A DNA stretch of 64,000 bases from Pseudomonadota bacterium (GCA_018241525.1 JAFEDR010000013.1:9170-73169); one strand, 5' to 3'; positions 34,540-45,661 are shown, counted from the stretch's first letter. Translations and numbers: made by a program. Notes: generated from the letters alone by a model not told the origin.

Positions 34540-36924
34540 GTGCCGACGGCCCGCGCCCGCGCGGCACTGCTGGTGCTCGCGCTGCTGTCCGCGCGCGGCG
34601 CGCTCGCCGAGGGCGCGCCGGCGGAGACGGTCGTCGTGCCGGGGCTGCGCGCGCCGGTCGAGATCCTGGTCGACCACTGGGGCGTGCCGCACCTGTACGC
34701 GCGCAACGAGCCTGACCTGTACCTGGCGCAGGGCTGGAACGCCGCGCGCGACCGCCTGTTCCAGATCGACCTGTGGCGCCGGCGCGGCCTCGGCGAGCTC
34801 GCGGCCGTGTTCGGCAAGGACTACGTCGATGACGACCGCGCCGCGCGGCTGTTCCTGTACCGCGGCGACCTGCGCGCCGAGTGGGCGGCCTACGGCGGCG
34901 AGACCCGTGCCGCGGTCGAGCATTTCGTCGCCGGCATCAACGCCTACGTCGACGCGCTGCGCGAGCACCCGGAACGCCTGCCGCGGGAGTTCCGGCTGTT
35001 CGGCTACGCGCCGGCGCGCTGGACGGCGGAGGACCTGGTGCGGATCCGCACCCACGGACTGTCGCGCAACGTCGAGAGCGAGGTGGCGCGGGCGCAGGTG
35101 GCCTGCCGCGGCGACGTCGCGCAGGACCGGGTGCGCGCACCGCTCGCGCCCGCCTGGAAGACCGAGGTCCCGGCAGGCCTCGACCCGTGCCTGCCGCGCG
35201 ACGTGCTGAAGGTGTTCACGCTCGCCACGCGCGATTTCCGGCTCGACACGCCCGCCTCGCCGCCGCGCGCCGCCGAGCTCGCACGCGGCGGCGAGGCGTT
35301 CGAGGGCAGCAACAACTGGGCGATCGCGCCGGCGAAGTCGGCCACCGGCCGCCCGATCCTCGCCAACGACCCGCACCGCGCCTACGTGCAGCCGAGCATC
35401 CGCTACCTCGTCGGGCTCGACGCGCCGTCGCTGCACGCGATCGGCGCCAACCAGCCGATGATCCCGGGCATCTCGCTCGGCCACAACGACTCGGTGGCCT
35501 TCGGCTACACGATCTTCCCGATCGACCAGGAGGACCTGTACGTCTACGAGCTCGACCCGGCACGGCCAGACGCGTACCGCTACCGCGGGCGCCCCGAGGC
35601 GATCCGCGTGATACGCGAGAGCATCGCGGTGCGCGACTCGGCGCCGGTGCCGGTCGAGCTCGAGTTCACGCGCCACGGCCCGCTGATCTACAGCGAGCCC
35701 GCCAAGCATCGCGCCTACGCGATCCGCACCGCCTGGCTCGAGCCCGGCACGTCGGTCTACCTCGGCGCCATCGGCTACCTGAAGGCGCGCTCGCTCCGCG
35801 AGTTCGAGCGCGCGGTGGCGCGCTGGCGCACGCCGTCGCTGAACCACCTCTACGCCGACACCCACGGCACGATCGCCTGGCTGCCGGCCGGGCTCGCGCC
35901 GCGCCGGCCGAACTGGGACGGGCTGCTGCCGGTGCCGGGCGACGGCCGCTACGAGTGGCGCGGCTTCTGGTCGCGCTCGGACCTGCCGCGACGGGTGAAC
36001 CCGCGCGAGGGCTACCTGACGACGTCCAACGAGATGAACCTGCCGGCCGACTACCCGTACGCGCGGCGCAAGCTCGGCTTCGAGTGGACCGCGCAGTGGC
36101 GGCACCTGCGGATCGACTCGGTGCTGGCGTCGCTGCCGGCGGTGTCGATCGAGGACGCCGAGCGGCTGCAGAACGACCAGGTGTCGCTGCCGGCGCGGCG
36201 GATCACGGCGGCGCTGCGCGAGCTGCGGCCCGCGGATGCCGACGCGCGCGCGGCGCTCGCGCTGCTCGGCCGCTGGGACGGCACCGCCGCGGCCGACTCG
36301 CCGGCCGCCGCGCTGTACGAGACCTGGTTCACGCGGCACCTGCGCGCCGCGGTCAAGAACGCGCTGCTCGACCCGGCGGTCGCGCCGGCCGTCGACGCGG
36401 CGCACGTCGATGTCGTCGTCGAGCTGATCGAGCATCCCGAGGCCTGGCTCGGCGAGCACGCCCGCGAGCGGCGCGACGCGCTCGTGGTGACCACGCTCGG
36501 CGCCGCCTGGCGCGAGCTGCTGACGCACCTCGGGCCGGAGCCGGCGCGCTGGCGCTGGGATGCGCTGCACCACAACCTCTCCGAGCACCCGTTCTCGCCG
36601 GCGCTCGACGAGCGCGAGCGGGCGCGCTTCAACGTCGGCCCGCTGCCGGTCGGCGGCGACCCGTACGTGCCGAGCCAGGCCGCCTATCGCGCCGCCGACT
36701 TCCAGGACGTCGCCGGACCCTCGGTGCGTGTCGTGCTCGACGTCGGCAACTGGGACGGCTCGGTCGCGATCAATCACCCGGGCCAGTCGGGCGACCCGGA
36801 CGACGTCCACTACCGCGATCTCGCCGAGCTCTGGCGCCGCGGCGAGTACTTCCCGCTGCTCTACAGCCGCGCCGCCGTCGAGCGCGCGACCGAGCGCACG
36901 CTGCGGCTGGTGCCCGGGCGCTGA
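34540..36924 (+). CDS. Penicillin acylase family Ntn-hydrolase (peptidase S45; AHL/beta-lactam acylase-like), secreted
   Basis: 794-aa ORF from GTG 34540 with signal peptide ARAALLVLALLSARGALA. The autoproteolytic nucleophile context is GSNNWAIAPAKSATGRPILANDPH. It has the alpha/beta subunit architecture length typical of S45 acylases. Confidence 0.88.
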   Translation: MPTARARAALLVLALLSARGALAEGAPAETVVVPGLRAPVEILVDHWGVPHLYARNEPDLYLAQGWNAARDRLFQIDLWRRRGLGELAAVFGKDYVDDDRAARLFLYRGDLRAEWAAYGGETRAAVEHFVAGINAYVDALREHPERLPREFRLFGYAPARWTAEDLVRIRTHGLSRNVESEVARAQVACRGDVAQDRVRAPLAPAWKTEVPAGLDPCLPRDVLKVFTLATRDFRLDTPASPPRAAELARGGEAFEGSNNWAIAPAKSATGRPILANDPHRAYVQPSIRYLVGLDAPSLHAIGANQPMIPGISLGHNDSVAFGYTIFPIDQEDLYVYELDPARPDAYRYRGRPEAIRVIRESIAVRDSAPVPVELEFTRHGPLIYSEPAKHRAYAIRTAWLEPGTSVYLGAIGYLKARSLREFERAVARWRTPSLNHLYADTHGTIAWLPAGLAPRRPNWDGLLPVPGDGRYEWRGFWSRSDLPRRVNPREGYLTTSNEMNLPADYPYARRKLGFEWTAQWRHLRIDSVLASLPAVSIEDAERLQNDQVSLPARRITAALRELRPADADARAALALLGRWDGTAAADSPAAALYETWFTRHLRAAVKNALLDPAVAPAVDAAHVDVVVELIEHPEAWLGEHARERRDALVVTTLGAAWRELLTHLGPEPARWRWDALHHNLSEHPFSPALDERERARFNVGPLPVGGDPYVPSQAAYRAADFQDVAGPSVRVVLDVGNWDGSVAINHPGQSGDPDDVHYRDLAELWRRGEYFPLLYSRAAVERATERTLRLVPGR

Positions 36925-36957
36925 GGGCGCGCCGCGCCCGCGGCGTATAATCGCGCG

Positions 36958-37881
36958 GTGAGCGAGACGCTGCTGCTCGATGAGATCGCCGCGCGACACG
37001 AGGCGCGGCCGCCGGTCCGCGACCGCCTGACGACCACGCTGTTCCTGGTGGCCGCGCTGCACGCCGTCGTGATCCTCGGCATCACCTTCGCCCCGCCGTC
37101 GGCGCCGGGCGGCGCCGATGCGAACTCGCTCGAGGTGCTGCTGGTCCGCGACCCGGTCGCCGAGGAGCGCCTCAACACCGATGCCGACTACCTCGCGCAG
37201 GTGAACCAGCGCGGCTCCGGCACCGGCGCCGACGTGCGCGGCGCCGAGTCGCCGCACAGCCTGCCCTCGCAGCCGGCCACCGAGGGTCGCGACGACTCGC
37301 GCGGCGACACCGGCAGCGATGCCGGCGAGGCGGGCTCGGGCGACCTGCTGGCGAGCCGCTCGAGCTCGCGCGACCGGCGGTTCCTCTCCCACGGCGCACC
37401 GTCCGCGCCGACCGGCTCGCCGCTCGTGCTCGAGCCGTTGTCGCCGGAGGCGGCGGGCGCCGACGAGGGCGACGAGCTGCGGCTGCGCGGCCGCACCGAG
37501 CACGAGCTGCTGGTCACCGCCAACACCCGCGAGTCGAGCGTCGCCGTGTACCTGCACTCCTGGCGGCGCAAGATCGAGCGCGTCGGCACGCTGAACTACC
37601 CGATGGAGGCGGTACGGCGTGCCGGTCTCTCGGGCAGCCCGGTGCTCGAGGTACAGATCCTCGCCGACGGCCGGCTTGGCGGCGCGTGGGTGCGGCGCTC
37701 GAGCGGGCACCCGGAGCTCGACCAGGCGTCGATCGCGATCCTGAAGCTCGCGGCACCGTTCGAGCCGTTCCCGCGGGCGCTCGCCGAGCGCCACGACGCG
37801 CTGCGGCTGGTGTACGAGTGGCAGTTCCTCGGCGGCGAAGTGCGCGATTCCACGGTCCGGATGCCGGCGGACACCCGCTAA
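36958..37881 (+). CDS. TonB C-terminal domain protein (TonB3-like)
   Basis: 307-aa ORF from GTG 36958 with one N-terminal TM helix (TTLFLVAALHAVVILGITF) and an acidic/Ser-Gly-rich spacer. The TonB_C fold is YLHSWRRKIERVGTLNYPMEAVRRAGLSGSPVLEVQILADGRL...LDQASIAILKLAAPFEPFP. Its position after gshB matches P. aeruginosa PA0406. Confidence 0.8.
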   Translation: MSETLLLDEIAARHEARPPVRDRLTTTLFLVAALHAVVILGITFAPPSAPGGADANSLEVLLVRDPVAEERLNTDADYLAQVNQRGSGTGADVRGAESPHSLPSQPATEGRDDSRGDTGSDAGEAGSGDLLASRSSSRDRRFLSHGAPSAPTGSPLVLEPLSPEAAGADEGDELRLRGRTEHELLVTANTRESSVAVYLHSWRRKIERVGTLNYPMEAVRRAGLSGSPVLEVQILADGRLGGAWVRRSSGHPELDQASIAILKLAAPFEPFPRALAERHDALRLVYEWQFLGGEVRDSTVRMPADTR

Positions 37882-37928
37882 GTCAAAGCCGGCTTGTCGC
37901 GGTCGGGCGCCCGGCCGATACTAGCGCC

Positions 37929-38501
37929 ATGCGCGGTGCATATCTGACGAACCAGCTGCTGGTCGCGATGCCCTCGCTCGCCGATCCGAACTTCGCGCAC
38001 ACCGTCACGCTGATCTGCGAGCACACCGACAAGGGCGCGCTCGGCATCGTGCTGAACCGGCCGCTGTCGATGGCGCTCGGCGAGGTGTTCGAGCAGCTCG
38101 CGCTGCAGCCGAACGACCCGGGGCTGCGCGAGCGGCCGGTGCTGCGCGGCGGCCCGGTGCAGCAGGACCGCGGCTTCGTGCTGCACCCGCCGGCAACCAC
38201 CGGCGACGAGCCCTGGGACTCGACGCTGAAGGTGTCACCGACGCTGCACGTGACGACCTCGCGCGACATCCTCGGCTCGATGGCCCGCGGCGAGGGCCCG
38301 GCGCAGGCCGTGGTGGCGCTCGGCTACGCCGGCTGGGATGCCGGGCAGCTGGAGGACGAGATCCGCTCGAACGCCTGGCTGAACGTGCCGGTGGACGAGG
38401 CGATCATCTACGACACGCCATTCGAGCAGCGCTGGCACGCTGCCGCGAAGCTGCTGGGCATCGACTTCGGGCGCCTGTCCAACCAGGCCGGTCATGCCTG
38501 A
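37929..38501 (+). CDS. algH: YqgE/AlgH family protein
   Basis: ORF 37686..38501 trimmed to ATG 37929. Motifs are LLVAMPSLADPNFAHTVTLICEHTDKGALGIVLNRP, GGPV and GYAGWDAGQLEDEI. Confidence 0.9.
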   Translation: MRGAYLTNQLLVAMPSLADPNFAHTVTLICEHTDKGALGIVLNRPLSMALGEVFEQLALQPNDPGLRERPVLRGGPVQQDRGFVLHPPATTGDEPWDSTLKVSPTLHVTTSRDILGSMARGEGPAQAVVALGYAGWDAGQLEDEIRSNAWLNVPVDEAIIYDTPFEQRWHAAAKLLGIDFGRLSNQAGHA

Positions 38502-38982
38502 CGGCCCGGCCGGTGCGCCCGCACCCGCCCGCGCCGCCCCGTTCGTCGTCGTCGGCCTCGACTTCGGCCTCAAGCGCATCGGCGTCGCCGCCGGGGACTC
38601 GCTGACGCGGGGCGCCCGGCCGCTCGGCGTGGTCGCCGCCCGCGACGGCGTCGCCGACTGGCCGGCACTCGAGCGCTACGTCCGGGAGTGGGGACCGTCC
38701 GTGCTGGTGGTCGGCGTCCCCTATAATATGGACGGTACGACCGGGACGCTGACTGCCGCCGCGCGCGGGTTCGCCGCCGAGCTCGCCCGCCGCTTCGCGC
38801 TCGAGGTCGCCACCGTCGACGAACGCCTGACGTCGCGCGAGGCCGAGGATCTCCTCCGCCACCGGCGCGCGAGCGGCGCGCGCACGCGACGCGTGCGGCA
38901 CGGCGACGTCGACGCGGCCGCGGCCTGCGTGCTGGTGGAACAGTGGCTGCGCGCCCTGCCGCGCGCGCCGGGAGCGGAGTGA
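38494..38982 (+). CDS. ruvX: Putative pre-16S rRNA nuclease / Holliday junction resolvase-like RuvX (YqgF)
   Basis: 162-aa ORF with VVGLDFGLKRIGVAAGD, VVGVPYNMDGT and DERLTSREAE motifs. Confidence 0.9.
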   Translation: MPDGPAGAPAPARAAPFVVVGLDFGLKRIGVAAGDSLTRGARPLGVVAARDGVADWPALERYVREWGPSVLVVGVPYNMDGTTGTLTAAARGFAAELARRFALEVATVDERLTSREAEDLLRHRRASGARTRRVRHGDVDAAAACVLVEQWLRALPRAPGAE

Positions 38983-38987
38983 GGCGC

Positions 38988-39958
<971 letters not shown>

Positions 39959-39962
<4 letters not shown>

Positions 39963-40855
39963 GCGCGCGCCATCCCGCCCACCGGGGCTCGATCGGGCTC
40001 GAGGAAGCCGAGGTGCTCGGCCAGGAATCCTGGCCGGGCGGGCAGTACGTGCTGCACCTGCGGGCGCCGCGCTGCGCGGCCCGCGCCGAGCCCGGCAGCT
40101 TCGTGCACCTGACGTGCGCGGACGAGCTGCCGATGCGCCGGCCGCTGTCGATCCAGCGGGTCGACGCCGCGAGCGGCTCGATCGAGATCCTCTACAAGGT
40201 CGTCGGCCACGGCCTCGCGCGCCTCGCCACCGCGCGCCCGGGGACGCGGCTCTCCTGCCTCGGCCCGATCGGGCGGGGCTTCGCGCCGGACCCGGCGCGG
40301 CCGCGGGCGCTGCTGGTCGGCGGCGGCGTCGGCATGCCGCCGATGGTGTTCCTGGCCGGAGCGCTCGCCGCGCGCGCGACCGAGGGCTTCCGGCCGCTCG
40401 GCCTGTTCGGCTCCGAGATCCCGTTCCCGTTCCGCCCGCGGCCGTCGACGATCCTCGTCCCGGGCGTGCCGGACGGCACCATCGCCTGCCATCCGCTGCT
40501 GGAGGACCAGGGCCTCCCGAGCCGCCTCGCGAGCCTCGCCGGCTTCCCGGGCTGCTTCCCGGGCTACGTCACCGATCTCGCCGCGGCCTGGCTCGGCAGC
40601 CTCGCCGCACCGGCGCTCGCCGAGGTGGCGATCTACGCCTGCGGGCCGACGCCGATGCTGCGGGCCTGCGCGCGCGTCGCGGCGCGCTTCGGCGTGCCCT
40701 GCCAGGTATCGCTCGAGGAATTCATGGCCTGCGCGGTCGGCGGCTGCGCCGGTTGCGCGGTCGAGGTCGTCACGCCCGAAGGTCGCGCGATGAAGCGCGT
40801 CTGCGTCGACGGCCCGGTATTCGACGCCGCCGCCGTCTTCCCGCCGGCGGCCTGA
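39959..40855 (+). CDS. PyrK-like FAD/NAD-binding oxidoreductase with C-terminal [2Fe-2S] motif (dihydroorotate dehydrogenase electron-transfer subunit-like)
   Basis: 298-aa ORF with an ATGA overlap onto the pyrB stop. It has RRPLSIQ (the RxxS FAD motif), [12 protein letters not shown] and a C-terminal [13 protein letters not shown]...RVCVDGPVF cysteine cluster as in PyrK. Confidence 0.8.
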
Positions 40856-40866
40856 ACAGGAACCAC

Positions 40867-41541
40867 ATGCCCGTCACACTCACACCGCTCGAGGCCCGGG
40901 TCATCGGCGCGCTGATCGAAAAAGAGATCGCGACGCCGGACCAGTACCCGCTGTCGCTGAACGCGCTGACCAACGCCTGCAACCAGAAGACCAACCGCGA
41001 CCCGGTGCTCGAGCTCGACGAGCACGTGGTGCAGGAGACGCTCGACGCGCTGTCGCGGCGCCACCTCGTCATGGAGCGCAGCGGCTTCGGCAGCCGCGTG
41101 CTGAAGTACCGCCACCGGCTGTGCAACGGCGACCACAACCCGCTGCAGTTCTCGCCGCAGGAGCTCGCGATCGTCTGCGAGCTGCTGCTGCGCGGGCCGC
41201 AGACCCCGGGCGAGCTGCGCAGCCGCGCCTCGCGCCTCGCGCCGTTCGCCGGCCTCGACGACGTCGAGACGGCGCTGGAGCTGCTCGCCACGCGCGCCGA
41301 CGGGCCGTTCGTCGTGCGCCTCGCACGCCAGCCGGGTTCGCGCGAGGCGCGCTACGCGCAGCTGTTCACCGGTCCGCCGGTGGAGACCCCCGAGCCCGCC
41401 CTGCCGGCCACCACGCCGGCGGCGGTCGACGACGGGCTCGCGGCGCGGGTCGAGGCGCTCGAGCGGGCGGTCGCGGAGCTGAAGGCGGAGGTCGCGCGGC
41501 TGGCGGCCGGCGCCGCGGCGCCGGCGGGACCCGACGCCTAG
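40867..41541 (+). CDS. yceH: YceH family protein (DUF480)
   Basis: C-terminal 224 codons of ORF 40114..41541, from ATG 40867. The sequence [43 protein letters not shown]...[16 protein letters not shown]...[19 protein letters not shown] closely parallels E. coli YceH. It ends in a coiled-coil tail. Confidence 0.85.
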   Translation: MPVTLTPLEARVIGALIEKEIATPDQYPLSLNALTNACNQKTNRDPVLELDEHVVQETLDALSRRHLVMERSGFGSRVLKYRHRLCNGDHNPLQFSPQELAIVCELLLRGPQTPGELRSRASRLAPFAGLDDVETALELLATRADGPFVVRLARQPGSREARYAQLFTGPPVETPEPALPATTPAAVDDGLAARVEALERAVAELKAEVARLAAGAAAPAGPDA

Positions 41542-42671
41542 CCGAAGTTGATGCGCGCCTCGAGGTTGTGGCGCGAGTCGGCGTTGTTCAGGGCTTCCTC
41601 GAGGTCGATGCGGCCCTGCTTGACGAGCGCGTAGAGCGCCGCGTCGAAATTCTGCATGCCGCGCTCGGTGGTCGTGCGCAGCGCTTCCTTGACGCCGATC
41701 ACGTCGCCCTTCTTGATCAGCTCCTGGATGTGCGGCGTGTTCAGCAGCACCTCGACCGCGGCGACGCGCTTGTTGTCCTTCGAGCGCACCAGGCGCTGCG
41801 ACAGGATCGCGCGCAGGTACTGCGACAGGTCGAGGAAGATCTGGTCGTGCTGGTCGCGCGGGAACATGTTGATCAGCCGGTCGAGCGTCTCGGCGGCGTT
41901 GTTCGCGTGCAGCGTGGCGATGCAGAGGTGGCCGGTGCCGGCCAGCGCGATCGCGGCCTCGGTGGTCTCGCGGTCGCGGATCTCGCCGATCAGGATCACG
42001 TCCGGCGCCGCGCGCATCGCGCTGCGCAGCGCGCGGTGATACGACTTCGTGTCGAGGCCGACCTCGCGCTGGTTGATGATCGACTTCTTGTTGGTGTGCA
42101 GGAACTCGATCGGGTCCTCGATCGTCAGGATGTGGTCCGAGGCCTGCTCGTTGCGGTGGTTGATCATCGCCGCCAGCGTGGTCGACTTGCCGGCGCCGGC
42201 GGCCCCGACCATCAGGATCAGGCCGCGCTTCAGCATCACCAGGTCCTTGAGGGTGTCCGGCATGCCGAGCGTCTCGAGGCGCGGCATGTCGGCGGTGATG
42301 TAGCGCAGCACGATCGCCGGGTAGCCGCGCTGGTGGAAGACGTTGACTCGGAACCGGCCGAGGCCGGGCTCGGAGATCGCGAAGTCGATCTCCAGCTCCT
42401 CCTCGAAGTACTCGATCTGCTCGGCGTTCATCAGGCCGTAGGCGGCCTGCTTGACCATCGCCGGCGACAGGATCTGCTTGTTGACCGGGTAGATCGTGCC
42501 CTCGATCTTGATCTTGACGGGCGCGTACGAGGTGAAGAAGAGGTCCGAGGCCTTCTTCTCCACCATCAGCTTGAACAGCGGCTTGGTGTTGAGCCGCGGC
42601 GTGCCGGTCTCGGCGGCGATCTCCGCCTGGACCAGGTCCACCGGCTCAGTAAACTTTGCCTTCGGATTCAT
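41538..42671 (-). CDS. PilT/PilU-family type IV pilus retraction ATPase (second PilU-like paralog)
   Basis: 377-aa ORF with Walker [11 protein letters not shown], the Asp box/Walker [11 protein letters not shown] and the His box [13 protein letters not shown]. An alternative GTG start lies at 42641. ATG 42671 overlaps the pilU 3' end by 26 nt and has GAGGA upstream. Confidence 0.88.
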   Translation of the reverse strand: MNPKAKFTEPVDLVQAEIAAETGTPRLNTKPLFKLMVEKKASDLFFTSYAPVKIKIEGTIYPVNKQILSPAMVKQAAYGLMNAEQIEYFEEELEIDFAISEPGLGRFRVNVFHQRGYPAIVLRYITADMPRLETLGMPDTLKDLVMLKRGLILMVGAAGAGKSTTLAAMINHRNEQASDHILTIEDPIEFLHTNKKSIINQREVGLDTKSYHRALRSAMRAAPDVILIGEIRDRETTEAAIALAGTGHLCIATLHANNAAETLDRLINMFPRDQHDQIFLDLSQYLRAILSQRLVRSKDNKRVAAVEVLLNTPHIQELIKKGDVIGVKEALRTTTERGMQNFDAALYALVKQGRIDLEEALNNADSRHNLEARINFG

Positions 42672-43803
42672 CCTCGATCCTCAGGCTGTTCGCCTGCTCG
42701 TGGCTGAGCTTGTCTTCGCGGCGGCTCTCGAGCTTGATGCGCAGGCGCAGCTCGTTCTTCGAGTCGGCGTTGCGCAGCGCCTCCTCGTAGGTGATCAGCT
42801 GCGCCTCGTAGAGGTCATACAGCGACTGGTCGAAGGTCTTCATGCCGAGCCGCGTCGAGCGCGCCATGACGTCCTTGATGGCGGCCACATCGCCCTTGAA
42901 GATCAGGTCGGCGATCAGCGGCGAGTGCAGCATGATCTCCATCGCCGCGATCCGCCCGGCGCCGGCCTCGCGCGGCACGAGCCGCTGCGAGATTAGCGCG
43001 CGGATGTTCAGGCTGAGGTCCATCAGCAGCTGCTCGCGCTTCTCCTCGGGGAAGAAGTTGATGATGCGGTCGAGCGCCTGGTTGGCGCTGTTGGCATGCA
43101 GCGTCGCGAGCACCAGGTGCCCGGTCTCGGCGAACTGGATGCCGTACTCCATCGTGTCGCGGTCGCGGATCTCGCCGATCAGGATCACGTCGGGCGCCTG
43201 GCGCAGGGTGTTCTTCAGCGCCGCGTGCCAGCTGTCGGTGTCGACGCCGACCTCGCGATGGGTGATCACGCAGCCCTTGTGCGCGTGCACGTACTCGACC
43301 GGGTCCTCGATCGTGACGATGTGGCCGCGGGTCTTCTCGTTGCGGTGGTCGAGCATCGCCGCCAGCGTGGTCGACTTGCCCGAGCCCGTACCGCCGACGA
43401 TGATCACGAGGCCGCGCTTGGTCAGCGCGACGTCCTTCAGGATCGGCGGCAGCTCGAGATCCTCGATCGTCGGGATCTTGGCGTTGATGGTGCGGATCAC
43501 GCAGCCGGTGTGGCCCTGCTGGATGAAGGCGCTGGCACGGAAGCGGCCGATGCCGGGCGGCGCGATCGCGAACTGGCATTCCTTGGTCGAGTCGAAGTCG
43601 CGCGTCTGCTTGTCGTTCATGATCGCGCGCGTCAGCGTGGCGCTCTGCTCGGGCGTCAGCGACTTGTCGGTCTGCGGGCGGATCTCGCCGTCGATCTTGA
43701 TGGCCGGCGGGAAACCGGCGGTGATGAACAGGTCCGAGCCCTTGCGCTCGACCACGCGCCGCAGCAGGTCCTGCATCAGCTTGATGGCTTGATCGCGATC
43801 CAT
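42646..43803 (-). CDS. pilU: Type IV pilus ATPase PilU
   Basis: 385-aa ORF with [20 protein letters not shown] and GHLVLATLHANSA, plus the acidic C-terminal extension typical of PilU. It lies directly downstream of pilT. Confidence 0.9.
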   Translation of the reverse strand: MDRDQAIKLMQDLLRRVVERKGSDLFITAGFPPAIKIDGEIRPQTDKSLTPEQSATLTRAIMNDKQTRDFDSTKECQFAIAPPGIGRFRASAFIQQGHTGCVIRTINAKIPTIEDLELPPILKDVALTKRGLVIIVGGTGSGKSTTLAAMLDHRNEKTRGHIVTIEDPVEYVHAHKGCVITHREVGVDTDSWHAALKNTLRQAPDVILIGEIRDRDTMEYGIQFAETGHLVLATLHANSANQALDRIINFFPEEKREQLLMDLSLNIRALISQRLVPREAGAGRIAAMEIMLHSPLIADLIFKGDVAAIKDVMARSTRLGMKTFDQSLYDLYEAQLITYEEALRNADSKNELRLRIKLESRREDKLSHEQANSLRIEDESEGKVY

Positions 43804-43836
43804 GGCGGTGTCCTCTCGCCGCGCGGCTGCGCCGCG

Positions 43837-44877
43837 TTACAGCGAGTCCTTGTTCTGCGCCTTGTAGCGCGCCTCTTCCTTGCTGACGACCCCCTTGGTC
43901 ACCAGCTCCTGCAGGCACTGGTCGAGCGTCTGCATGCCGACTGACTGGCCGGTCTGGATCGCCGAGTACATCTGCGCAATCTTGCCCTCGCGGATCAGGT
44001 TGCGGATCGCCGGGGTGCCGATCATGATCTCGTGCGCCGCGATGCGGCCGCCGCCGACGCGCTTCAGCAGCGTCTGCGAGATCACCGCGCGCAGGCTCTC
44101 CGACAGCATCGAGCGCACCATTTCCTTCTCGGCCGCCGGGAACACGTCGACCACGCGGTCGATGGTCTTGGCCGCGCTCGAGGTGTGCAGCGTGCCGAAC
44201 ACGAGGTGGCCGGTCTCGGCCGCGGTCAGCGCCAGCCGGATGGTCTCGAGGTCGCGCATTTCGCCGACCAGGATGATGTCGGGGTCCTCGCGCAGCGCCG
44301 AACGCAGCGCCTCGGAGAAGCCGAGCGTGTCGCGGTGCACTTCGCGCTGGTTGATCAGGCAGCGCTTCGACTCGTGCACGAACTCGATCGGGTCCTCGAT
44401 CGTGATGATGTGGTCGGGCCGGTTGTCGTTGCAGTGGTTGACCATGCCGGCGAGCGTGGTCGACTTGCCGGAGCCGGTCGGGCCGGTGACGAGCACCAGG
44501 CCGCGCGGCAGCATGCACAGGTCGCGGAACACCTTCGGCGCGTTCAGGTCGTCGAGCGAGAGCACCACCGAGGGGATGTTGCGGAACACCGCGCCGGCGC
44601 CGCGCTGCTGGTTGAAGGCGTTGACGCGGAAGCGCGCCAGCTTCGGGATCTCGAACGAAAAGTCCGTCTCGAAGAACTCCTCGTACGCCTTGCGCTGCTT
44701 GTCATTCATGATGTCGTACACCATGCTGTGCACTTCCTTGTGCGCCAGCGCTGGCATATTGATGCGCTTCACGTCGCCGTCGACGCGGATCATCGGTGGC
44801 ATGCCCGCCGACAGATGCAGGTCGGAGGCGTTGTTCTTCACCGCGAAGGCGAGCAGCTGTGCGATGTCGACGGCCAT
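43837..44877 (-). CDS. pilT: Type IV pilus twitching-motility retraction ATPase PilT
   Basis: ORF 43837..45114 trimmed to ATG 44877 (MAVDIAQLLAFAVKNNASDLHLSAGMPPMIRVDGDV...). Motifs are GPTGSGKSTT, DIILVGEMRD, GHLVFGTLHTSSA and the AIRNLIREGK motif. Confidence 0.93.
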   Translation of the reverse strand: MAVDIAQLLAFAVKNNASDLHLSAGMPPMIRVDGDVKRINMPALAHKEVHSMVYDIMNDKQRKAYEEFFETDFSFEIPKLARFRVNAFNQQRGAGAVFRNIPSVVLSLDDLNAPKVFRDLCMLPRGLVLVTGPTGSGKSTTLAGMVNHCNDNRPDHIITIEDPIEFVHESKRCLINQREVHRDTLGFSEALRSALREDPDIILVGEMRDLETIRLALTAAETGHLVFGTLHTSSAAKTIDRVVDVFPAAEKEMVRSMLSESLRAVISQTLLKRVGGGRIAAHEIMIGTPAIRNLIREGKIAQMYSAIQTGQSVGMQTLDQCLQELVTKGVVSKEEARYKAQNKDSL

Positions 44878-44947
44878 GAAAACTCCCGGGACCGAAGCCA
44901 CCGGACAGGTACCGGGGGCAGTATAGCCGCGGGGATCGGCGTCCAAT

Positions 44948-45661
44948 ATGTTAACCGGTCCGCAGTTTTTGGCCGCGAACGTCGCCGCGGTACGGGCACG
45001 CATCGAGGCCGTGACCCGGGCCGCGGGCCGCCCGGCGGGATCGGTCACCCTGATCGGCGTCAGCAAGGGGCAGCCGGCGGCGCTGGTGGCGGCCGCCCGC
45101 GATGCCGGCGTCACAGAATTCGGCGAGAACTACGTGCAGGAGGCGCTCGCCAAGGTCGCGGCGGTGCCGCGCGCCGGCCTCACCTGGCACTTCATCGGCC
45201 AGCTGCAGGCCAACAAGACCCGCGTGGTCGCCGAACAGTTCGACTGGGTGCACACGGTCGACCGGCTGAAGATCGCCGAGCGGCTCTCCGCCCAGCGCCC
45301 GTTCCACGGTCCGCCGCTGCAGGTCTGCCTGCAGGTGCGCCTCGAGGACGAGCCGGGCAAGGGTGGCGTGCCGGCGGACGAGCTGCCGGCGCTCGCGCGG
45401 GCGGTCGCGGCGCTGCCGCGGCTCGCGCTGCGCGGCCTGATGTGCGTGCCGCCCGCGAGCGACGAGCTCGCGGTGCAGCGCGGCTACTTCTCCCGCCTGC
45501 GCGAGCTCGCCGCCGGCCTCGGCCGGCAGGGCGTGGTGCTCGATGCGCTCTCGATGGGCATGAGCGCCGACCTCGAGGCCGCGGTGCTCGAGGGTGCCAC
45601 CCACGTCCGCATCGGCACCGCCTTGTTCGGACCCCGGAGAACGAATGAACCCAAGGACTGA
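44948..45661 (+). CDS. yggS: YggS family pyridoxal-phosphate homeostasis protein
   Basis: 237-aa ORF with LIGVSKGQP (PLP lysine), FGENYVQE, HFIGQLQANK, LSMGMSADLE and VRIGTALFG motifs. Confidence 0.9.
   Translation: MLTGPQFLAANVAAVRARIEAVTRAAGRPAGSVTLIGVSKGQPAALVAAARDAGVTEFGENYVQEALAKVAAVPRAGLTWHFIGQLQANKTRVVAEQFDWVHTVDRLKIAERLSAQRPFHGPPLQVCLQVRLEDEPGKGGVPADELPALARAVAALPRLALRGLMCVPPASDELAVQRGYFSRLRELAAGLGRQGVVLDALSMGMSADLEAAVLEGATHVRIGTALFGPRRTNEPKD

Noticed and set aside
42639-42671. The 26-nt overlap of pilU and the third ATPase gene as a sign of a frameshifted fusion or pseudogene
   Set aside because: Both ORFs are full length with complete N- and C-termini and all catalytic motifs. An SD precedes the internal ATG, so normal coupled genes are the simpler reading.
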